A stretch of 64,000 nucleotides of DNA from Octopus sinensis (GCF_006345805.1 NC_043014.1:29946001-30010000), one strand, 5' to 3'. Shown: positions 13,595-26,463, numbered from the stretch's first letter. A program made the numbers and translations. Notes: generated by a model not told the origin, from the letters alone.

Positions 13595-15882
13595 CAGTGG
13601 CGAATCTACAATATTGGAGCCCTGAAGCTCAAAATGTTATGTGGGTCCCCTTGATACTGTTCTCATCAAATTCTGAACTGTTCATCAATTCTGAGAGAAA
13701 CTTGAACCTTTTCGCAATCTGCTCACATGGGTCCATCCTCTTGCTTAACTGGATTATCAAGCAGCCATAGACTTGATTTAGAACACCTAACCTAAATTTT
13801 TCAGCTCCTTTCAAAGAAGCCCTATCGCTTGTTCTATCTGCAAATTTATTTGTAACAACACGTTTGGAAACATCAGAATAATTTGAAGTGATATATTCAC
13901 GTAAACTTTTTGCTACTGATTCATAGTGTGCAATCCTGTCGGCTGAATTTTACCGTAGTTCTTTAACAAATGAAAGCAAAGATGCTAGCAGAAGGTAACC
14001 TTCAAATACATCAAAACCAGGGATTTGGAGTTTCTTACTTGTTTTCTTAAAACGCTCCATAACTTCTTCCCAAACAACTGTTAAGACAGCATATTCCAAT
14101 TTTTACCAACTTGTGGTATAAATTCTTTGATCCCGCTTTGATTCAGACATCTCTTCTGAGTCTTTATACATGTTTGAGAGTTTGTAAAATATCCCTACAT
14201 CCATTTTTAATTGCCTGGACTACTTCATTAGTATGCAGACCATCTAGTTACACTTAAGCTCTTTAGAGAAAAAGCTAGATTGCTCTGTGTGTTCAAAATT
14301 CTCCGTATTCGAAGAGATCCAGAAAAGAAAACATACAGCTGCTGCAAGATGCCAAAATAGTCAATAACTTCAGGCACAGTAGACACTGCCTTTTACCAAA
14401 CAAGGTGAGTGAATGGCTTCCACATGGCACATAGTCTACATACCTGTTAATGTTTTTAAGAAGTGCTTGCAGCCCTTTCTCCGAGCTCTTCATGTTGGAA
14501 GCATTATCGTACGACTGACCACGGATATTGCTATTTTGTTGAACAAGGTCGTGGATGAATGGTTTTCTTTTGGCAAAAATGTTAAAAATCTCAGACACAG
14601 GGTTTTCCATTATAACAGTATCGAATCACAATTACCAGCTGGTCAACATGCGTTATATCAGGTGTAAAGTCAACAATAATTGAGTAGTATTTGATGTCTA
14701 GGTTGTTGATCTGCTTCACCACTTCATCTTTCACATGTTTTCCCATGATTTCTATCCATTATGCATGCACAGATTTAGATAGGTACGTAATATTTACTTT
14801 TTCATTTTTACATTTCTCTAAATGTTCATGTAAAAATGGGTCAAACTCCGCAATAAGCTGAATGGCCCTCGTGAAATTTCCATTGTTTGGGGAGCCCCAC
14901 TTTTCCTAATGACCTCTAAATGCTAAGCCTCTTTCACTTAAAAACTTTATAACTGCTACAACTCTTTTTTAGTAATTCAAAATAGAACTGCATGTTTTTT
15001 CTCAACTGTTCCTAAAGTTGCTGATCCACAGTGTTTTTATTTGACTTTCGTGTTAGCCAACTCACCATCGCCATTATGTTCCATGCTGTTTTCATGATTT
15101 TCTAGAGTTCTGAGTATATACATCCAGCTAGAAAACCCACCCGTTGTAAGTGATATTTGTCATTTAGAAAAGAGTTTGCTCTTTGAATAAACTAACCAGG
15201 ATCTCATCACAGTCTGACAATTTTTCAAACTTTCTTTCAAAGTACTTGTTTGAGAAACTTTGATTTTGCTGTTTGTAAATCTTGTTGGATTCAATATACA
15301 TTATCAGGGTTTTTTTTTTTTTTACAAAAAACTCATGTCTCGCATTTTAATAGTTTTGTATGAAATCATTATCAATTGTCACGGGCCAGTTTGCCAGGAC
15401 ACTGTATTCTTTGAAATCACTAAATTTGGTTCCTGTTTCCTGTTTCTGCTCTCTCTTTTCTCGAAGTTCTTGACCACCTTGATCATCATCTGCACCAAAA
15501 GTGTCAACAGTAGGTTGACTATTGCTAAACAGAGCACTCATGGTTTGCGCACTATCATTGACTTCACTGGTGCTTGCATGGCTAGTTTCAGCTGCAGGTG
15601 ATAACAAACTTTTACTTGACATTGTAAAATAATTTGATAGTTTTTGTCATTTAGAAATTTCGTTAGATTGCTTTTCCTTGAGTTAGCGTTAAGTACTTTC
15701 TTGAATTAAGTACTTTCTTGAAGACATTGCTATTCATCTTGGGGTAATAGCAATCTGCATAGCAAAATAAAAAAACAAAAAAAATTGATAGAATGAAAAA
15801 ATTAAGTTGCTTCAGAGGGGCCCTTCCGGGATTAGTGGCCCTGAAGCTTAAGCTTCATTAGTTTTATGGTAGACCCACACTG
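13595..15882 (-). mobile_element. hAT DNA transposon (ZMYM1/DUF4371-type transposase remnant), 2288 bp, 8-bp TSD GAACCATG
   Basis: GAACCATG at 13587-13594 and 15883-15890. Imperfect TIRs CAGTGGCGAATCTAC / CAGTGTGGGTCTAC. Peptide RGQSYDNASNM...GLQALLK...YVPCGSHSL. Confidence 0.9.
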
Positions 15883-15959
15883 GAACCATGATTAATTTTC
15901 AGAGAATATGCAACCTTATCGCTGGTCACTTGTTAGTTCGCCAGAACCTTCTCTCGTCC

Positions 15960-16110
15960 TTGTTGAATCTTCCCGTCAGTGGTTCACACTTATCCGGCCA
16001 TTTTGAACCTTCTCCAGCCTCTTATATACACTTCTACGCGATAGAGCGCTGTCTTCGTATTGTACTGAAAGTCTGCAATGAATTTCAGCATCTGACACAC
16101 CTTCAGCGAA
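15960..16110 (-). mobile_element. Mariner transposase N-terminal HTH remnant
   Basis: Manual translation gives AEGVSDAEIHCRLSVQYEDSALSRRSVYKRLEKVQNGRISV, matching the mariner/SETMAR HTH_48 pattern AEG...AEIHRRL...YG..AL.RR.VY.W...FKNGR.S. Confidence 0.75.
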
Positions 16111-16234
16111 GCAACCAAGACAGAAAACTGGAGTGATTCCGGTCAAACCATGGTTACATAACTACAAGAGTACCACCTTTTGGCACACAAACACTGAAGG
16201 TAGTGTGTGATTGTGTGTGTCTGCGTGTGTGCGT

Positions 16235-16235
<1 letters not shown>

Positions 16236-16310
<75 letters not shown>
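16236..16310. repeat. (GATA)n microsatellite
   Basis: Directly visible. Confidence 0.97.
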
Positions 16311-16820
16311 GTGTAGAAAATAGTACTTAAATTTCAAAGGAAGAGCAAAATATTGCGTCCTGGTGAAGCTGTTTACTCTATACTTTACGAAACTATACTT
16401 ACGAATCATTAGATAGAAACGAACTTTTGGAACATTACATTGGTTGTTCAAAAAGTGTAGTGAGGATCAGTTGGCAAATAATCAAATAAAGATTTAAAAG
16501 CAGACTGGACAGGAGTGAGGCTTTCAAAAGTATTGGAATTTGTTCGATAACACAACTGATCGTTCACGAAGAGCAATATGTCATATAAATTCGACAGAAA
16601 TGACAATAAATACAAGCGTTAAAGGAAACACTTAGTATCGGTATCGGGAAATAGTTATGGTATTTACTGCCAAAGAAAACTTCCAGGCTGGGACCGCTTT
16701 AAAATTGAAGAAACATAGACGGAGCAAATCGACAATAAAATTAAAAGGGAAAAATAAGTAATAAAAATGAGGGCAAATGAATTTCAGGTAAATAAATAGA
16801 TGAATAATAGATTGGGAAAT

Positions 16821-18140
16821 TGTGGTGTTATGAGCCAGGCTGTGTTATAGGAAAGGATCGGAAGTGAGGGGGTTGGCATGACCTGTTGGAAGTGGGGCCT
16901 GTGGATTCCACCGGAAGTGCCGCGGTGGACATGCGGCATCAGCGAAGCACGTGGAGCCAGTCGACGGCGAACAGCACATCAGAACGGATGTGTGAGACTG
17001 TACAGCGACGGATAGGGCACGCGGATGTGGGGTGAACTTCGGAGATTGAGACAGCACGTGGATGTTGAAAGCGACCCTTTTTTCTGGACGACAGGTAAGA
17101 CTTCCGTAATTCTCTCTTCGCTTCCGTCTTTTTCGTCCGTTACATCACAAGCTATTTCGGCTAAAACAAAAATGATAGGTATGGTCCGTGTTTCGAATGA
17201 GACGGTTAGGCCATTTTGTGACGAGGGAGATGTGACCGCTTGCCTGCAAAAAATTAAGTTGGTGGCAAGACTCAAAAGTATAGATAATCTAGCGAGTTTA
17301 ATACCGTTGTACCTCGATGGATCGGCGTTGGCGCTATACCTGGAAATGGAAGAGAAGGACCAGTTGAGCGTAGAAAAAATAGAAGGCTGATGGAGGCTTT
17401 CACAGGCATATGGTTGACCGGGGAAAGCAAAGTGGATGGGCGAACAGGTCGATGTCTTTACCAACGAAATCAGGAGATTGGCTAGACTCGTGTGATATAG
17501 AGATGGCGCATTAGAACAAACCGTAAAATTAGCCTTTGTGACAGGATTTCCTAACCACGTGTCGGTCGAGCTGCAAAAGCTGCCTAACATTCACTCTATG
17601 GCAATGTGAAAAGGCATCATCGTACCATCAAGACCATAGCAGAGAGGGGCCACATCTCACCGGTCGAGGTCGTTTTTTTTTTGGTATAATATGCCGTCCA
17701 GGACGGGACAAGCTGAGGAGTCAGTACCACACAGGGCAATATTCAAGTACGAGTGGAGGCATCCATGTACTGCATCGCCGCATCCCGCAGAAGAGAAAGA
17801 GCATGCCTTTGTGCAGGTCGGGAAAGAAGTCTGGGTTAAACCCCCAAATGCGCGGTGCACATCACAGTGGGGAAAGGTGACAATAACCTCTGTGAATTCG
17901 AGGAACAACGTATCCGTAGATGGCATGCCACGACATGTTTTGGTTGTGCGCAGGATCATCGCTGCGACGGAGGATGGGGCCAACAGTAATGGACAAGAGG
18001 ACGAAGCCGGCAGGAACATGCCAGGAACTGAGGCCAGTCCTGAAGTCCCACGGCGGTCACAGAGGGAGCGGTGCCCTCCTCGCTTGTTGGCTGATTACGA
18101 GACAAGTTAAGGCGTGTCGTCGGGGTTGAGAAGAGGGCGT
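16821..18140 (+). mobile_element. Gypsy LTR retrotransposon, internally deleted (5' LTR + gag + integrase C-terminus)
   Basis: LTR-like 16821-17149 with TGTGGTGTTA...TTACATCACA inverted ends. Gag LVARLKSIDNLASLIPLYLDGSALALYLEME, then directly RHHRTIK...WYN...VWVKPPNARCTSQW...RRSQRERCPP...DY. Purine-rich PPT-like tract at ~18128. Confidence 0.8.
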
Positions 18141-18440
18141 GGGCAGGTTGGTTGAAACAAGCTCTGACAGGAGACAGACAAGAATGCGTCCAATCCCTGT
18201 GACTAATCAGAGAGAAAGAAGGAAATTCAAGTTAGGAGAAAAAAGATGGCCGATGGTCACGTGCGAGTTATGTATGTATGTATGTATGTATGTATGTATG
18301 TATGTATGTATGTATGTATGGTCACAATGAGGATATTTAAACCTTTTATAGGTTTTATTCAAGAAACACTGGTTTAATATTGTATTTTGAAGAGATATTT
18401 CTTCAATGAATATATTATATAAAATATCGTAAAATACCAA

Positions 18441-18688
18441 ATATTATCGAGTTTGAAGCAGAAAGATCTACTGGATACAAATTAATTTATTAATTAATTA
18501 ACATATTCACCTACAATTGTTTCATTTCTCAACCCAAATTAAAACTACAAAACAAAAATATATAATTTTGCATTTTAAAATACCTTGGAGGGAAAATCAT
18601 CCGGGTGCACAAAGGACAATATAAGGATTACATTATGATCCGTTGAGATATTCAGAATATATATAGTCCTGTTTATTATGTGTGTATG

Positions 18689-18755
<67 letters not shown>

Positions 18756-19380
18756 GTGCGCGTGTGTGTATACGCTTTCATATACATACACATATGGTGG
18801 AAGCACTCCGTCGGTTACGACGACGAGGGTTCCGGTTGATCCGAATCAACGGAACAGCCTGCTTGTGAAATTAACGTGTAAGTGGCTGAGCACTCCACAG
18901 ACACGTGTACCCTTAACGTAGTTCTCGGGGATATTCAGCGTGACAAGGCCGGCCCTTTGAAATACAGGTACAACAGAAACAAGAAGTAAGAGTGAGAGAA
19001 AGTTGTGGTGAAAGAGTACAGCAGGGATCACCACCATCCCCTGCCGGAGCCTCGTGGAGCTTTAGGTGTTTTCGCTCAATAAACACTCACAACGCCCGGT
19101 CTGGGAATCGAAATCGCGCCTCCACATATACACACATAATAAACAGGACTATATATATTCTGAATATCTCAACGGATCATAATGTAATCCTTATATTCTC
19201 CCTTGTGTACACTGATGATTTTCCATCCAAGGTATCTTAAAATACAAAATTATATATTTATATATGTTTTGTAGTTTTAATTTTAGTTGAGAGATGAAAC
19301 AATTGTTGGTGAATATGTTAATTAATTAATAAAATTAATCTGTATCCATTAGATCTCTCTGTTTTCAAACTCGATAATAT
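18441..19380. repeat. Inverted repeat with ~250-bp arms (18441-~18690 / ~19126-19380) enclosing (TG)n and a SINE
   Basis: ATATTATCGAGTTTG... pairs with ...CAAACTCGATAATAT, and GTCCTGTTTATTATG pairs with CATAATAAACAGGAC. Moderately diverged. Confidence 0.88.
18795..19125 (-). mobile_element. tRNA-derived SINE family 3 (GTGGAGGCGC head) with a deletion in the tRNA region
   Basis: The reverse complement begins GTGGAGGCGCGATTTCGATTCCCAGACC. Compared with the copy at 19949, roughly 40 bp spanning the A-box and anticodon arm are deleted. Confidence 0.85.
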
Positions 19381-19407
19381 ATATATATACAGAGAGAGGG
19401 GGAGAGA

Positions 19408-19540
<133 letters not shown>

Positions 19541-19948
19541 CATAAGTGTTTTGTAAACTTTCGAGACAAGCTGAAACAAATTTTTCAATATCTCGAAGCA
19601 CACACATAAAGCTATAAATATTAACATATGACTATTGGGTTCAAGGATCCTTTGGATGGAAAAAGTTGGTCTTTAGTATTAGGTACATATTTGAAGAGCT
19701 TCATTTTCTGAAGTTATTATGATCACATCTTAAAAAAAAAAGAAAGACAAAAACTAAACAATTCTAACGCAAGTGAATATATTTTAAAGAAATACTCATT
19801 TCGAAAACTTAACAGTGAAAACGAGTATGTCAATGCTTAAAAATCACTTATTTAAGGGTCATTTTTACAACTTCGAATTCCGCCGAAGTCGACTTTGCTT
19901 TTTATCATTTCGAGGTCTATAAAATAAGTACCAGTATAGCACTAACTG

Positions 19949-20266
19949 TGGAGGCGCAATGGCCCAGTGGTTAGGGTAGCGGACTCGTATTCGGAGGATC
20001 GCGGTTTCGATTCCCAGACCGCGCGTTGTGTGTGTTTATTGAGTTGAAAACACCTAAAAGCTCCACGAGGCTCCAGCAGGGAGTGGTGGCGACCCCTGTT
20101 GTACTCTTTCGCCACAACTTTCTCTCACTCTCTCTTCCTGTTTCTTGAGTAACGCTGCGATGGATTGGCGTCCCGTCCAGCTGGGGGGAACAAATACGCC
20201 ACAGAAACCGGGAAACCGAGCCCATGAGACTGGCTAGGCTTGAAAAGGGGCGAGTTTTTTTCTTTT
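19949..20266 (+). mobile_element. SINE family 3 (tRNA-Arg-like head, alternative tail) nested in a family-2 SINE, 14-bp TSD
   Basis: TATAGCACTAACTG (19935-19948) and TATAGCACTCACTG (20267-20280) flank it. Head TGGCCCAGTGGTTAGGG...GGTTTCGATTCCC. Confidence 0.88.
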
Positions 20267-20280
20267 TATAGCACTCACTG

Positions 20281-21330
20281 GGGTCAATGTAATCAACTTA
20301 CCCCCTACTCCGAAACTGCTGGCCTTATGCAAAAATTTGAAACCATTATTACAACTTTAATTTTCATGCCTCTGGGATCGATAAAATAAAGTACCAGTCA
20401 AGTACTGAATCAATATAATGGACTTAGCGCTCTCTCTCTAAATTTGCTGGCTTTGGGCCAAAATTTGAAACAGTTGTAACGGATTTCACTTTCTTTTTTT
20501 GTCTTTTTTTTTTACTAACTAACCTAATTTTCTGAAGTTTATGATACGATCGTAGAAAAGAAAACATTTGTTATAAGACAAAATTTTGAAAGTAATTTAT
20601 ATATTTTTAATGTTTTCTTTCTTCCGATGCTAGCGTAATATAATTTCAAGAATTTGGCTGTTCAACAACATAAAGATAATTCAGCAATAATTCTTTCAGA
20701 TTTTGGCAGAACGCCGGAAATATTATGCGTAAGGTATTTATCTTTTACATCGACCCCAGTGCTCGACTAAAATTCATTTTATCGACTGAAAATATAAAAG
20801 GTAAACTCTATTTTGGCGACATTCGAACTCAGAACGTAAAACCGGAAGAAATACCGCCAAGTATTTTGTTTGGTGTGCAAACAATTCCGCCATATCACCG
20901 CTTTGGAGAAAGGTTAAATCATCCCTTCTACTAGAGGCACAAATCCTGAAATTTTGTTAGGGAAGGGGACTAGTTGGTTATTGGTACTTCTTTTATCGAC
21001 CCTGAAAGGATGAAAGGCAAAATCGATCTCAGTGGAATTTGAACTCAGAACGTAAAACCGAAGCATTTTATTCAGCGTGCTAACGGTTCTGCCAACACGG
21101 CACCTTAGAGAAAGCAGTAATATTAGTTTTAAATGTTGGTACTAGGCCAGCAGTTTCGGAGAAGGGAATAAGTCGATTATATCGAATCCAGTGTTCAACT
21201 GGTACGCAATTTACCGACTCTGAAAGGATGACAGTCAAGTTCTGCGGAATTTGAATTTGGAACGGAAAGGCGGACGAAATATCGCTAGGCTTTTTGCTCA
21301 CCGTGCTAACGATTCTGCCAACTTATTAGA
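20281..21330. mobile_element. Cluster of decayed SINE family 2 copies on both strands
   Basis: Recurrent TTTATCGACC...GAAAGGATGA...GAATTTGAACTCAGAACGTA blocks. Confidence 0.75.
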
Positions 21331-21429
21331 GAAAATAATAATAAAATTTGGTAAGTAAATTTTAAGCATCTTACACTTACACGAGCACCGAAGATCATTT
21401 TTGGGTGTTATTTGATTCTTTCACCCGTA

Positions 21430-21830
21430 CGATTTTCACTAAGAAAAAAAAAAGAACCCGGATTTTTTTGTGTGGAATCAGGTACTCTGACTTCCTAATA
21501 TGCTACAAACTCCTTATTTTTGTTCGGAGAAAAAGAGGTGCCCCCCCATACCCTGGAATCATTGGAAATTTTTTTGTCGTTGAATGAATTCCGGTGACTT
21601 CCTAATATACTACAAATCCCTCTTTTGAGGTTCCGGAAAACGGGATGGGGTGAGGTGGAAGCCTCGGAAATTTCACCTCCATCGATCTTTTCACTAAGAA
21701 AAAAAAGAAACTTGGATTTTCTGCATGGAATCAAGTACCCTGATCTAATATGCAGCAAACCCCTTATTTTTGCTCGGAAAAAAGGTGGAGTGGGAAAACC
21801 AGACCCCACCCCATATCCCAGAATCATTGC
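21430..21830. repeat. Diverged tandem repeat, ~255-bp period, unclassified
   Basis: TTTTCACTAAGAAAAAAAA...GGAATCA.GTAC.CTGA...CTAATATGC...CCAGAATCATTG occurs twice, with a partial third GACTTCCTAATAT block between. Confidence 0.65.
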
Positions 21831-21831
21831 C

Positions 21832-22085
21832 AGTGCCGACGGCACGTAAAAAGTACCATTCGAGCGTGATCGGTGCTAGTGCCATCTGACTGATCCCTGT
21901 GCCAGTCACACTTGAAAAGCACTCACTATACTCTCGGAGTGGTTGGCGTTAGGAAGGGCATCCAGCTATAGAAACCTTACCAGAACAGACTGCATTCTCA
22001 TTGCAGTCTCCTGGCTTGCCAGTCCTCAGTCAAACCGTCCAACCCATGCCAGCATGGAACGCAGACATTAAACGATGATGATGAT
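21832..22085 (+). mobile_element. RTE 3' UTR fragment with (GAT)n tail
   Basis: GGTTGGCGTTAGGAAGGGCATCCAGC...CCAACCCATGCCAGCATGG...AAACGATGATGATG. Confidence 0.85.
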
Positions 22086-22656
22086 GTATAATGATATATA
22101 TAATTATGATAGATTGTTACCCATTCAATGTTTAGGCAAACTTCATCACCTACTCACTCTCTTTCTCTTACTCGCTCTTTCTCTCTCACTCATTCCCCCC
22201 ACACACATAAAAATGAAACGCATTTCGGCGCCAAAAATTGTAAAGGAAAAAAATCTATATTCGGGATTATTATATATATTATATCCAGTGATTTTAAAAG
22301 GTATGAAAAAGATATTGTTGTTTTAATATACTTTTACTTGTTTCATACACATACACAAACTAACGAGTTTTTATTTTTAGAATAATTATTTATCATTCGT
22401 TATCTCTCCACTGACTTCGGTACCACTAACTTCTATAACCTCTGCATTTTCACTTATTCATTTCAAACTTCTTTGAATTTTCAATTTAATGTAATCCACA
22501 CTCTCTCGAAAACGTATTTCTGCAAAATGCTATCTAAAATTATGGGTAAAGAAAGAAATGGCAAAAAAATATTTGAAAATGGGGGTGGGGGTGAAATTGC
22601 TGAGGGTTCGACCGTTAGTGAGGTCCTGTACCCATATATGCATGTATATATATATA

Positions 22657-23211
22657 CAGGGTCAGGCAAAATGATCTGACACATTTGTAGGTTAAATAAA
22701 ATGCATTGTTTTTCGTTTCTTTTTCAGTTGCTGCCATGAATTTGACTGGTGAGCATCGCGCTTTCATTGTGGAAACGTTTATCAAAACAAACGATTCTGT
22801 AACTGCAACACAAAGAGCGTTCCGTTTGCACTTCAATCTTGGTAGACATGATCCCGTACCAGCTCGAAACACGATCTTGTTATGGGTTACCAACTTCAGA
22901 GCTACTGGATCTGCATTGAAACGAAAATCAACCGGCTGACCTCGCACCGCCAGAACTTAAAGATGCAATTCATCAAGAAATTACTGCCATTCCACATGAA
23001 ATGACCCGCCGAGTTATTGACAACTTTCGTGAACGCCTTCGACAGTGTGTGGACAATAATGGATCCCATTTGACTGATTTAATTTTTAAAACATAATGAA
23101 ACAAAATGGCATTATATGTACTTTTCAAAAATAAAAACACTTTTTTGTTTCTTTACTTCATTTGCCTTTTATTTAACCTACAAATGTGTCAGATCATTTT
23201 GCCTGACCCTG
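22657..23211 (+). mobile_element. Internally deleted Tc1/mariner element (DUF4817-type HTH), 555 bp, TA TSD, 45-bp perfect TIRs
   Basis: CAGGGTCAGGCAAAATGATCTGACACATTTGTAGGTTAAATAAAA at both ends, inverted. N-terminus MNLTGEHRAFIVETF...TQRAFRLHF is joined to C-terminus LKDAIHQEITAIP...RLRQCVDNNGSHL. Confidence 0.92.
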
Positions 23212-23569
23212 TATATCATGAAGTATGTTTGCCACCTAAATGTGGATGACTCATATGGGACGATATAGTCCCAAGAAGACATCTCCTCCAGTTGGCTAAT
23301 GACACACTGTCTGTGCCCGATCAGTATTTGCGAAAGGGAAATCATTGTTCCCATCTCTAGCCTTACGTGATACACACGGACCCGGGTTTCTGAATAGTAA
23401 CCCGTCATCAGCGTGTGACAATCACCAGCTAGGGATTGATTCTTTATTATGATCACGTGAATCGAACATAGAAGGGACAGCACAGGGTGTTTCAAAGCAT
23501 AAAAATTGTGAGTTCGTTTGCAATAAGCGAATGATGTATTTACAATGAATATATTTACAATTTTAATGA

Positions 23570-25303
23570 AATTTTTTTTAACATTTTGGCCGGGGTGTCC
23601 ACCGGCTACACCGTATAGATTTACTATGTATTTAAGCAGGGTCTCTCACACCCAACTTCTTCGCCACATTTTTCCATCTTTTCTCGTATATACTTCGCGA
23701 CAGGCGTCCTCTCTCCAGCCCTATCTTGCTCTTCAGATGATATCTGAAATAGTAGAGCAAACCAGGCCCGGAGATAAAGGTTCTCGTCGCGACTCCTTTC
23801 ACCCTCGTTTTCCATATGCACTCATTCAGAGTGGCAACTGGCCTCCCTTTCCTTTGACAGTCCGGGTGGCGGTACAATCTTAGTCATACACTCAGCTGAT
23901 AGCTTTACTCTTCCTAAATGCGACAGCATGTGTTCCACCTAAACTATCAGGCTTGAAATCTTCGGATAATGAACAAGGGCGTGCGGGACAGTTTCTCGTC
24001 CCGCCTGCACCTTGGGCAAGCCGGTGGTACGGACATGCCGTGTCTGGACAGTCTATCATGAAAAGTTAAAGCGTTCCTATAGTACTGCCAAGTCAGTGAT
24101 TTCTGGTAGTTATCCAGGTAACCCGACCCGAAAGTTCTTTTAAACAGGTTGGCCAGCTGGTCCTCATCGAGTCCCAGAGCTTCTCCCAGGACGTCATCCC
24201 TCTTGGACTCTACCAGCCCGCTATAGAGTACTGAGGTGGTGTTCTTGCTCTTGGTCTTGCCCGCCTTGTGGATTAGCACGAGAACCTGTCGGCACTCTTT
24301 TTGACACTCGGTAAAATTGCGTCTTTTCACGGAACAAGGTTTAAATTCCTCCAAGGAGGCCAGTCGCGGAAAGAACGTCTCCGCCAGCGAATTCCATACC
24401 TGGTCACCGTCCAGGTAGAGCGAAAGGTGCCTCAGCGCATGATCAGCCACGGCATCCCTAACCCATCCTTAAGCGGGTTTTGGCAGCAAGCAGAGCGCCT
24501 CACAAGCGGTTTTCCTCCCTTCCACAAAAAGCGAAAGAGGAGGCGCTCCAACTTGGTTAGCCACGAATCGAGGCAAGGGACAACGGTCAGACGGTAGGTG
24601 ATAACATATGCGATATACACCTGCACCACCTCCGCCCTCCCTTTCAAGGACTGCGCCCTTCCGGACAAGGTCCGGACTAGAGCCTCCACCTTGCCTTCCA
24701 CTTCACTCCAATCCTTCTCTGTTTGGGAGTCCGGTCCAAACCAAACTCCTAGCAACTTAACAGGACCTTCCGTCCAGTGTCCCACGACACTGGACATTAT
24801 CGTTTTGCCACTCCAGGTGCCGATGGACTTGTCCTTGTTAATTTTTACCCCTTCCACCGCCTCGTAACATTTGATTGCCTCCTCTACATGGGGTAGCTGA
24901 GTTTCATCCGCTACGGTGATGGTGACGTCATCCGCATAAGCAGAAAAGCACTTACCACATCCCAGTCTGTTGGAGATGCACTCCCAAATTCTCCAACTTG
25001 CATAGCAATGGCTCCAGAGCCAGTACATAGAGAAGCGGAGACAGAACGGAGCACTCGATCTTAAACGGCACGGGCAGCTATCCGTTTTTCTGAACCGTAG
25101 ATTTGATGTCACCATAAATGGCGGTGATCCAGCCGCGGACGTCAAGGCCCAGCCCAGCCGCCTTGAGGACCGCCGCTAGATACTGGTGGTCTACCCTGTC
25201 AAATGCTTTACTTTGGTCTAAATGGACCACTGCTCCACCTTTACCGGATAAATTAGCCACCCTGTCTAAGGTGAAGCGCAGGAGATGGAGATTGTCCTGG
25301 ATC
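23570..25303 (-). mobile_element. Tx1-clade (L1 group) LINE, 5'-truncated
   Basis: IQDNLHLLR...LDQSKAFDRVDH, YADDVT, KLLGVWFG, LSLKG-like segment, GLGMPWL, and a zf-RVT-type CPRC. T-rich tail at ~23570. Confidence 0.9.
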
Positions 25304-25934
25304 AGTTACCAGCTAGGAATGAGAAGTGATTCCGAACGCAAAATACGATATGCTTTTTCCAGTGACAAACCGTCGCTGATCTCGAAAAAAGTGAAACAAG
25401 CAATAATAAATCTCTGAGCGAGATGTGGACAGTAGTAGCACGACATCGTGAAGTATGTTTGCCACTGCTTATTTCTCCTTTTTCGAGATCATGTGTCTGG
25501 CGCTGTTGTGGGTAATTACTGAGATCAGCAAGGACGACAGTGTAGCATGCTGGAGTGATGCGCGAGACAGGTAATTTTCTCCATTCATTACATGACCAAA
25601 CTGGTCTAACAGAGGGAAATTATTTCTAACATGAGCGCAGAGCGTGTGAACATCCGACGTGTATCGAGTCGGGAAAAGAGTTGAGCTGGCATAGACGTGT
25701 TGAAAAACAAGGCAGTAGAGGTATAATAGAGGTGCGTGAGTGTGTGTACAAAATGGCTTGTAAGGCTGAGGCAGTAATGCTGGTGCATTGATTACAAATA
25801 CAGTGTACAGTGTTGCATATGCCAGTGATTAAGGTACTGCTGAATATGCCAGCCAATGCATGAGGTATTAAATGCTTTGAATGTGCAGGAGTAAAAGTGT
25901 GACATGCTGGCGCGTTGTAAGGGACAAACAACTT

Positions 25935-26170
25935 TCTCTATGTATACCTATTTCTTTATTGCCCACAAGGGGCTAAACATAGAGGGGACAGACAAAGGGA
26001 GTAAGTCGATTATATCGACCCCAGTGCAAAACTGGTACTTTATTTATCGACCCCGAAAGGATGAAAGGTAAAGTCGACCTCGGCAGAATTTGAACTCACA
26101 ACGTAACGGCAGACGAAATACCGCTAAGCATTTCGCCAGGCGCGCTTACGTGTCTGCCAGCTCGCCGCCG
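25935..26170 (-). mobile_element. SINE family 2, full length with alternative tail
   Basis: Reverse complement reads GGCGGCGAGCTGGCAGACACGTAAGCGCGCC...TTTAGCCCCTTGTGGGCAATAAAGAAATAG. Confidence 0.85.
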
Positions 26171-26463
26171 TATATACGTGACCGACCTAGGGTCTTACAG
26201 AGACGAGTTGTGTCTACAAGAGTGCAGGGAGCATAAAAAACAAGCGAGAAAGGCATGTGTGATGCATGAATGTGACAGTGTTAACATGTATGTGTGCATG
26301 AACAATGTGTGCAGATGCGTACACAAGGCCAGACGCCGAGGAAAGGTATATGCGTGTGTGTATGTAACAATACAAACATTTTCAAATTGAACGAAAAAAA
26401 TGTACATGCAAAATATGAATAACACTAGAATATCCAAAAAGATATGCACATGAATTTATTTGT

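Noticed and set aside
19949-20025. tRNA gene (Arg-like)
   Set aside because: It is the head of a SINE, continuing into a SINE body and flanked by a TSD; the acceptor stem does not close.
22220-22235. E2F-like site GCGCCAAA
   Set aside because: A single short motif with no supporting promoter context.
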